Made by a program: the position numbers and the translations under genes. A DNA stretch of 64,000 nucleotides. Source: Octopus vulgaris. Lineage: Eukaryota. The stretch spans positions 98,456,001 through 98,520,000 of the forward strand of contig OX597815.1 of the NCBI GenBank assembly GCA_951406725.2, read 5' to 3'. Shown piece by piece: positions 56,829 to 64,000 of this stretch (its first letter is position 1; every line of letters starts with the position of its first letter). The notes under the pieces are model-generated. The model ran no database searches. It worked only from the letters and a program-made list of their open reading frames with translations, and was not told where the DNA came from.

Positions 56829-57154
56829 TGCAATGTTTTTTTTTGTAATAACAGTTCGAAAATAGTTCAAAATAAAACATAAAAAGGGAAGAAAAAGAAA
56901 GAAATCAAAAAAAATTTACAATAAAATGGAAGGAAGAAAAAGGAAACATTTCACGAAAAAAGAAAATCAAAAATTTTCGAAGAAAGGAAGTCAATGACTC
57001 AAAAACAGCGAAAAAAATCTTCCGGCCACTAGGTACTCCTAGTCAAGGTTGAACCCGGAAAGCCACAACTGGAACACCACTTCCGCAAAAACTGGTATAC
57101 AAGCAATTTTCACAATTATTTTTATAATTCATAAAAAGTGAACAAAATTTTAAG

Positions 57155-57292
57155 GGGCACGATACGCCCCCAAGCAACAATTCTCACAATTAAGTGAGAA
57201 AAAATATTCACTTAACGTGAACCACTATTTTGGAAGCGGGATACGCCCCCAAACAATAATTCTCATAACTAAGTGAGAAAAATATTCACTCC
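57155..57292. repeat. two ~55-bp direct repeats each containing a TTCTCA..TGAGAA hairpin
   Basis: gatacgccccc-aagcaacaattctcacaattaagtgagaaaaaatattcact versus gatacgccccc-aaacaataattctcataactaagtgagaaaaatattcact. Confidence 0.85.
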
Positions 57293-57598
57293 ACTGCAGG
57301 CAGACGAGAATTTAGAATCCAGGGAGGACTTCTTGCCTTTACAAAAATAATTACCGAAAGCAACAAACCCCCACTGGACCAAAAAAACAAGAGTCTTACC
57401 TTACAGTTGAGCAACAAACCTCATATTTTTGAGGTAATAACCTTTTACATTTTTCACAAATAAAATTTCCTTAACGAGGCAACAAACCTCTCACATTCAG
57501 TACAAATAAACATTTATGAGGCATTAAAAAAAAAATATCCTTTATGAGGCAATAACCTCTTACCTTTTTCATAATTTAATAATGAAAAACATGAGGCA

Positions 57599-58700
57599 TT
57601 ATACACTTTCCTGTCCGACCAGGCTCTTCGCTTCTTTGAAGCACCTAGACGGTGCCAAGCCGGACCACTTCGCCATGAATCTAAAAGTGTCCTCTGGGAA
57701 GGAATTCATTATCCTGCATAGATCGGTTTCCCATATGACCTCCGCAGCCACCTGCGAAGGCCAATCAGTGTCCTCTGTGCAGGAAAGAGTCCCCTCCCAC
57801 CGGCCTTTCTTTTCAAAATTCTTAACAAAGTTTTCTAATATCCCTCCCTTGTGGAAGAGGAACACAAATTCCTCCTCCACTGCATGGGAGGGATCTACTG
57901 CATGCTTCGGGACACGCCGGCAGTGTGTCACAAACCGCCAGTGGTGTCCCGTTTTTCGTTTTTTTTTCTTTTTGTTTCCCTTGAGCCACGGGAGAGTGGA
58001 GTTCCTCCGCTTTGTCCAGCAGATCCACCCTCCCTCCCGCAGCCTGCGGATCCTTCGGTGGGCAACCATTGTTGCCCACCTTTGGTTTTTTTGCTTTTTT
58101 CGAGAAGGTTTCCACCTCTTCGACTTGCTTTTTCTCTCCCTACAATGAAGGAGCAGGGAGCGGTATCTTTATCAACTGCTGCAGGACATTATTTTGGTCC
58201 TGAAGGCAGTTCTTTTTAATATGGCCCGGTTCCGGGCACAAGTGGCGAAGTGGTCCGGCTTGGCACCGTCTAGGTGCTTCAAAGAAGCGAAGAGCCTGGT
58301 CGGACAGGAAAGTGTCCCTCAAGCATCACCGGATACCTAGACCCGGCCATTCTTAAAAATTCTGGAAATACCAGATTTTCGGCTGATTGGGTCCATAGGG
58401 TCAAAACAGCTTTTGACCCCTCCGAATCAGCCGCAGGCAGGATATTCACATTGAGAAGCTTGCTACTGCTGCCACCCAGATCCCGGTGGATATTATCCTC
58501 TATCCACTCGGGATCAGTTCCGCGTGGCAAGACACAGACCCAAGCCCTCTTCAACTTCTTGCCATAATAAGTCGGAAGAAACAAAATTTCTTTGCCCTCC
58601 AGAGGCTGGCTCACGAATTTGTGAGCCTCTTCGGGGGTGTCAAATAGCAACCACAATGTTGCGTATTCGACCCCGCCCCCAAGAGATATACTTAATAGTT
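57599..58700 (-). pseudogene. LINE ORF1/gag-like zinc-knuckle gene, copy 2 (5' truncated, disrupted, no ORF2)
   Basis: KFVSQPLEGKEILFLPTYYGKKLKRAWVCVLPRG..YPVMLEG, HLCPEPGHIKKNC and EEEFVFLFHKGGILENFVK..CTEDTDWPSQVAAEVI. Collinear with copy 1. Confidence 0.7.
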
Positions 58701-58704
58701 GACA

Positions 58705-60622
58705 CATGTCCCGCCAAGTCAGTAGCTATCGACTTTTCCTGCTTCCTTATCGCATACCTTGTTGTCAGTTGGGCATGCTATATCTATGATCCAGCATAGT
58801 TTGCTTCCTTTCTCAATTAAGACTATCCCTATGAAGTTCTCCAAGCATTATTTTCTTTGCCCACCTATTTTCAGTTTCATTTGTTTTCAACTGCTTGTAT
58901 AGTGATTTATCTTTGCAATCTTTCATCCTACACAAGCCTGATCTTCTTACTTCTAATAATAGCGGTTCTGTGACATTTTTACATAACATGCTATGTTGTT
59001 TTCTTCTTTAATGATGTGTTCGCATCCAATAAGTCCTCTTTCACCTATTTGTTCTCGGTACATACAGCCTGTCTATGTCACTGTTTGGGTGGAGTGTCCC
59101 ATATCTAGTTAGCAACTTCCTTATCTTTCTGTCTAAGCTATTTAGTTAGTCTACTGTCCATGAGATTATCCCTGCACCGTATCTAAGGAATGAAACCGCC
59201 CTGGTGTTGAAAGCTTCAATCTCATTCCGTCCGTTTAATTTAGACTTAAGGATCAGTCTTAGTCTACTCTACCTTAAATTTTTCTGTCATTTCTTTCTCC
59301 ATTAATTTATCCATTTCCAAAATTCCCAAGTATTTATAGCCCGTCTCTTCTATCTGCATAATAACTTCCCCTACAGTATCGTTAGCCCGTCCATACATGT
59401 GGATTTTACCTCTCTTCAAGGCTAACACACCACATTTTATCAGTCCGAACTCTATTCTGATATCAGCACTGAAGATATACACCGTATCAACGAGGGAACT
59501 GACTTGGGCTTCATCTTTATAATAAAGAATGTGGCCATCCATCAATAACAAATGGTTGACTTTTTTGTTGGCGGCTTTTGAATACATACCCAGGTCTTGC
59601 TTTCCTCAGAATCAGTGTTAGTGGCGTCAAGTACAGTACAGAGATCAGTAGAGACAGGCAGTCCCATTGGAAATAGCCCTCCTAATTTCTACTGTCCCTA
59701 AACTTCTTCCGTATACTGTCAGGTCCGTCCTCCAATTCGCCAAACTTCTTCCAAACAATCGCTCGACATTCGCTGCAATACCAAATAGGTTCATACATTC
59801 CATTATCCAATAATGTGGGATCATATCGTACGCCATACGATAGTCGATCCATGACATGGCTAAGTTACTCTTCTTCTTCTTGCAGTCTCTAAGTACAGTT
59901 TTGTCTATTAGGAGTTGATCCTTGGTACATCTGCACTTACGCTTGGAACCCCTCTGCTCATGTGGCAGGACTCCAATTTTTCCAGATGTTCGTACATTGA
60001 CTCTGCGATTATTCCAGTCAATAATTTCCACATAATTGGCAAACAGGATATCGGCCTGTAATTGTCTACCGTATTGCTTTTTCAATGTTTCTCAAGCTCA
60101 GCACTGTTCTACTCATTGTCAACCACTCTGGTGTTACGTGGTCAGCATTTAACAATGTGTTGAGTTGTGCATGATATTCACCAAATCTTTTGATCCAGTA
60201 GCCTTGAACTCCATCTGTTCCCGGAGCCTTCCAGGCGCTCATATTTTTGCTGATTTCCTTCATTTTCCCAACTGAAATGACTAGTTCTGCCTGATTTGGA
60301 CAGACTACTGTTTGTTTCAGTTCTTGCAACCATTCAGCATCCTTCTTGTACTCCTTTTCTTTCTCCAGATGTCACTCCAAAACCATTGACTTGCATTGTT
60401 ATCCGGTTTCAACTTTTCATCTGTAAACTCTCCATTTATTTCTTTATAGAATCTCTTCTGATCCACTCTGAATAACCTATTCTGCTGATAACCTATTCTT
60501 TGGTCATATCTTACCGTCTTTGCTTTCTTTGCAACAAGGCACTGCTTCAGTTCCTCCATTACCACTTTCAGGTCCTTTCTTACAATATTATACTTCCTTT
60601 TCAGTACCCTGTATCTTCGTTG
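58705..60622 (-). mobile_element. R4/Dong-clade LINE RT region, decayed, 5' end abutting (TAA)n
   Basis: [70 protein letters not shown] (FMDD site), FGLIKC, GYKYLG and LHPNSDIDRLYVPR. Confidence 0.95.
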
Positions 60623-60623
60623 C

Positions 60624-60699
<76 letters not shown>

Positions 60700-60701
<2 letters not shown>

Positions 60702-60878
60702 CGATGTTTGTTTTGGCAGATTCTGTGAGAGCGGACAGCAGCCTGCTGTCAGAGGTTCCACATGGTCTCTTTCCACACATTATATGCTTTGATACTTGGT
60801 TGTTAATTATCGTGCGAGACATTCAACATCCAAGTACCAATCTCAAAATCGTAGCTGTCCCCCAGTAGAGGAGAGACA
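60700..60878 (-). mobile_element. extreme 3' end of another Dong/R4 copy, (TAA)n on both sides
   Basis: LLG/TATILRLVLGC* (compare LLGTAHILRRTL), a ~125-nt 3' UTR, then (TAA)~25 at 60624-60700. Confidence 0.7.
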
Positions 60879-61079
60879 GTTTATTATTATTAACATTATT
60901 TAAGCTTATTAATATTATTAACATTATTTAAGATATACAAATAAATTACAGAATATCGATACGCCTGGCAAACTGTAATCTTTAAGATGCATCTGGATTG
61001 ATCAAAACCTTAATAAAAAATGTGAAAAACAGACCATGTTTTAAATTTATCCAACTGATATACATTCACACAAATTCGA

Positions 61080-61134
<55 letters not shown>

Positions 61135-61137
<3 letters not shown>

Positions 61138-61405
61138 TTGCGGCCAAAATGTTCAGAACGGCATTGTTTTCGTCAGAAAAGTAGATATAATTTTTTATCA
61201 AAGTGGTTTTATTTTCTATAACTTTCGCAGACAATAAATACGATGTTAATTGTTATTGTCTGAGATTTTGGTGTAATTTCAGAGGATAATGCAAAAGTTA
61301 TGGATGATTTAGTGATTTACTGCAAAACCCATGGCGGTTTGATAAAAACTTATACCTACTTTTCTAACGAAAACAATGCCGTTCTGAACATTTTGGCCGC
61401 AACTG
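61135..61405. mobile_element. Tc1-like MITE inserted in (TA)n
   Basis: TA|CAGTTGCGGCCAAAATGTTCAGAACGGCATTGTTTTCGT and its exact reverse complement at the other end; imperfect pairing extends to ~70 bp. Confidence 0.92.
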
Positions 61406-61414
61406 TATATATAT

Positions 61415-61461
<47 letters not shown>

Positions 61462-61599
61462 TGAGAAAGTTGGTGTGTGAAAGCACGTGGTTGAATATAT
61501 AGAAAATAGTAAAAAGTGAAAAAACTAAAGAAGGCTTGTTTTAAAAGGTTAAAAAATATATATTTGAGTCATTATGTCAGAAGAATGTTATAGATTTTT

Positions 61600-62140
61600 T
61601 TTCATACAATGATATAATTTTTGAAGAAATGACCGGTTTCGCGTTTAGCTTTTCAAATTTCTTACATCGTTATGTTTTCGTTGAGAAGTGTAAAAAAGAG
61701 TTCCAGGTAAGGGGAGGTAATAAGGGATTTCTTCCGGTGTAAGGGAGATAATCGCTTAATATTTCTTGCCTTTTTTTTGGGGGGGGGGTGAGTTTCTCTG
61801 TATAAGAATGTTTGAGTGGTTAAGTTTGGGCTTATATTTTTCAATGAAGAATGTTTCCTTGTTTAGTCTAATTTGTGTTGGTGTTCCGATAGCACATTGG
61901 TAAAATGGAAAGATTAAAAATTGTGGTAGTAGTTGCTTTGCGCATTTCTCAATGTGCTCACTAAAGGGTATCATTCTGTATTCTGGGAATGCAATCTGTC
62001 GTCGATGCAGTGTGCATCTACGTCTGAGTGATAGTCCCGTGGACCCCACGTAGTTTTGGTGGCAGCCCGAGCATCTTATGACATAAATTATGTTTTCAGA
62101 GGCACAAGTAAAATTAGATTTGATCTTGAATTTCTGTCCC
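61600..62140 (-). mobile_element. Penelope-like element 3' end with intact-looking GIY-YIG domain
   Basis: GQKFKIKSNFTCASENIIYVIRCSGCHQNYVGSTGLSLRRRCTLHRRQI..SEHI..RLNKETFFIEKYKPKLN, open from 62139. Confidence 0.9.
61624..61663 (-). ncRNA. minimal type I hammerhead ribozyme fold with two core substitutions
   Basis: AAGAAAU UUGAAAA GC-uaaac-GC GAA ACCGGU C AUUUCUU: perfect 7-bp stem I, palindromic stem III and a GUC site. The core reads UUGAAAA instead of CUGANGA. Confidence 0.65.
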
Positions 62141-62578
62141 TACTAGAATAAGAAATACACCGCACACAAGTCGCTACTACCCCATGAACCAAAATTACTG
62201 GTCCCCACCGAACACAAGACAAACGCAAAAAAACACTAAGTCAAGCAACATCCCACATACAAGCAGTCCGAAACAAAAATATTTCACATACAGAAATTTT
62301 ACACACACCACAAACAAAAACAACCATAGATTCCCCCCCACACACAACAATCGAGGACAACAATACCATCATTCCCCCGACCCAATATCACACAACCTCA
62401 CAGACAACTCATACAAACAAGATTACACCCAAAATTTTTTAGCCAGGGACCAGAGACTCCAGGACACAGGCTGGAACCTAGTAATAAGGAAAAACCGAAG
62501 ATAATCAACCTTTCAACCAAACCTCTCTCTAACATAAAAATTGACATCCTCTCAAAAGGGCTCAAATTTACGCCAACT
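62141..62578 (+). mobile_element. Penelope-like N-terminal region, inverted relative to the adjacent GIY-YIG piece
   Basis: KIINLSTKPLSNIKIDILSKGLKFTPT (62499-62578) is the conserved PLE pre-RT motif NLS...L.KGL.F.PT. Confidence 0.8.
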
Positions 62579-62697
62579 GAGACCGGTAGAATAAGTACTA
62601 GGCTTACAAAGAATAAGTCCTCGGTCGATTTGCTCCACTACTGGTGGTACTCCAGCATGACCACAGTCAAATGACTGAAACACATATAAGAATAAAA

Positions 62698-62700
<3 letters not shown>
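62579..62700 (+). mobile_element. SINE family B 3' third
   Basis: gagaccggtagaataagtactaggcttacaaagaataagtcc..ccagcatgaccacagtcaaatgactgaaac. Confidence 0.85.
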
Positions 62701-62752
<52 letters not shown>

Positions 62753-63549
62753 TATACACATTTATATATATATATGATATAGTGATGGCAATTGTAAAGA
62801 GAGAGAGAGGGGAATTATTGCGTAAATGTCAGCCCACTTACATTCGGTTGCTGATATAACATATATAATGCAGTGTTGTGCAGTTTGGAGTGACACAATC
62901 AATGTATAGACAATCAAATAGCAATGAAATGATATTTTATTGAATGAATGATTGCAAATTCGAAAAATGACAATAACCATGCTGTTTGAATAAACCGTTA
63001 GTTGTGTCCGGGACAAGGTGGCTGTAGTCTACAAAAGATCGCCGGTCGAAGCCTTTCACAAGCGAAAACTACTTCGATTCTCGCTGTTCCACTCAGGCTA
63101 AGCCTCTAGGCTAAGGGACGAAACACCTGTGACCTTGAGCTAACAGCTAATTTTGCGGGAGTGTTTCCAACGCAATAGATCTGAGTAGATCCTTTATTTT
63201 CTGCTTGGGGAAAAGCAACACCGTTGTTATTTCATCTGATGTTTGTTATTAAACATGTCCTACTGCGTTTAGATGGAATTATTTGTTCTCACTCTCTGCA
63301 CTCTGGTTTCAAATCCCGCAGAATTCTACTTTGACTTCTATCGTTCCACTGTCTATAAAATTAACCCGTTCAAGAGGGTATATTAGTGGAATCGTTACAG
63401 GGCTGTGTTGAAGGCCTTTTGGTTTAGATACTGGTGTTGCGAATTGCGAATTAAATTCCTCTCTGTTACTTCTTTGATAAATTGCAACTGATATTATATC
63501 CGTAATTTTAAAACCAATGGAAATATAGATTCCATGGTTCAATCGGAAT

Positions 63550-63667
63550 GTCAACTACCACCACCGCAGTGCTGCTGCCAAAACTACAACAACAACAACT
63601 ATTACTACTAGTACTACTACTAGCTGGTGCTGCTGCTACTCTGCCGCTGTTATTCTGCTGCTGCAGG

Positions 63668-63756
<89 letters not shown>

Positions 63757-63757
63757 T

Positions 63758-63791
<34 letters not shown>

Positions 63792-63935
63792 GCTACTACT
63801 ACTACTGCTGCTGCTGCTACTGCTACTAGTACTGCTGCTACAGCAAATCGGCTGCTGCTGCTACTGCAACTCGGCTGCTGCTGCTACTGCTATTACTACC
63901 GCTGCAGCTGCTATTAAACTACTAATACTACTTTA
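63550..63935. repeat. (CTA)n/(CTG)n compound microsatellite
   Basis: Directly visible. Confidence 0.9.
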
Positions 63936-64000
63936 CGTCAAAACTGATTTAAACAACCAATACATTACCCTCGGCAACAGCAACTAGAACAACCGTTACT

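Overview
Gene-free, repeat-dominated eukaryotic DNA, either intergenic or a very large intron. It is AT-rich and saturated with (TA)n, (CA)n, (TATG)n and trinucleotide microsatellites. The SINE families and repeat landscape point to a coleoid cephalopod, probably Octopus; this is my recognition from memory, not a database result. I found no credible host protein-coding exon, rRNA or functional tRNA, and nearly all listed ORFs are microsatellite translations. The recognisable content is decayed mobile DNA: three tRNA-derived SINE families in more than 25 copies; seven R4/Dong-clade LINE pieces, several sitting in (TAA)n; RTE and CR1/Jockey-group fragments; three Penelope-like GIY-YIG remnants; three mariner fossils; Tc1, pogo/Tigger and Merlin-like MITEs; and Helitron pieces. 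Four things stand out. (1) Minimal hammerhead-ribozyme motifs lie in Penelope-like 3' ends, one of them directly behind a tRNA-like Pol III cassette that is also duplicated in inverted orientation. (2) Two diverged, tandem ORF1(gag)-only elements carry GAGG..CCTC hairpin arrays, and one has a perfect 73-bp inverted templated insertion in its zinc knuckle. (3) Dong elements are stacked in each other's (TAA)n tails. (4) There is a ~3-kb perfect (TTA)357-(CAT)619 array. Boundaries were read by eye and may be off by tens of bases.
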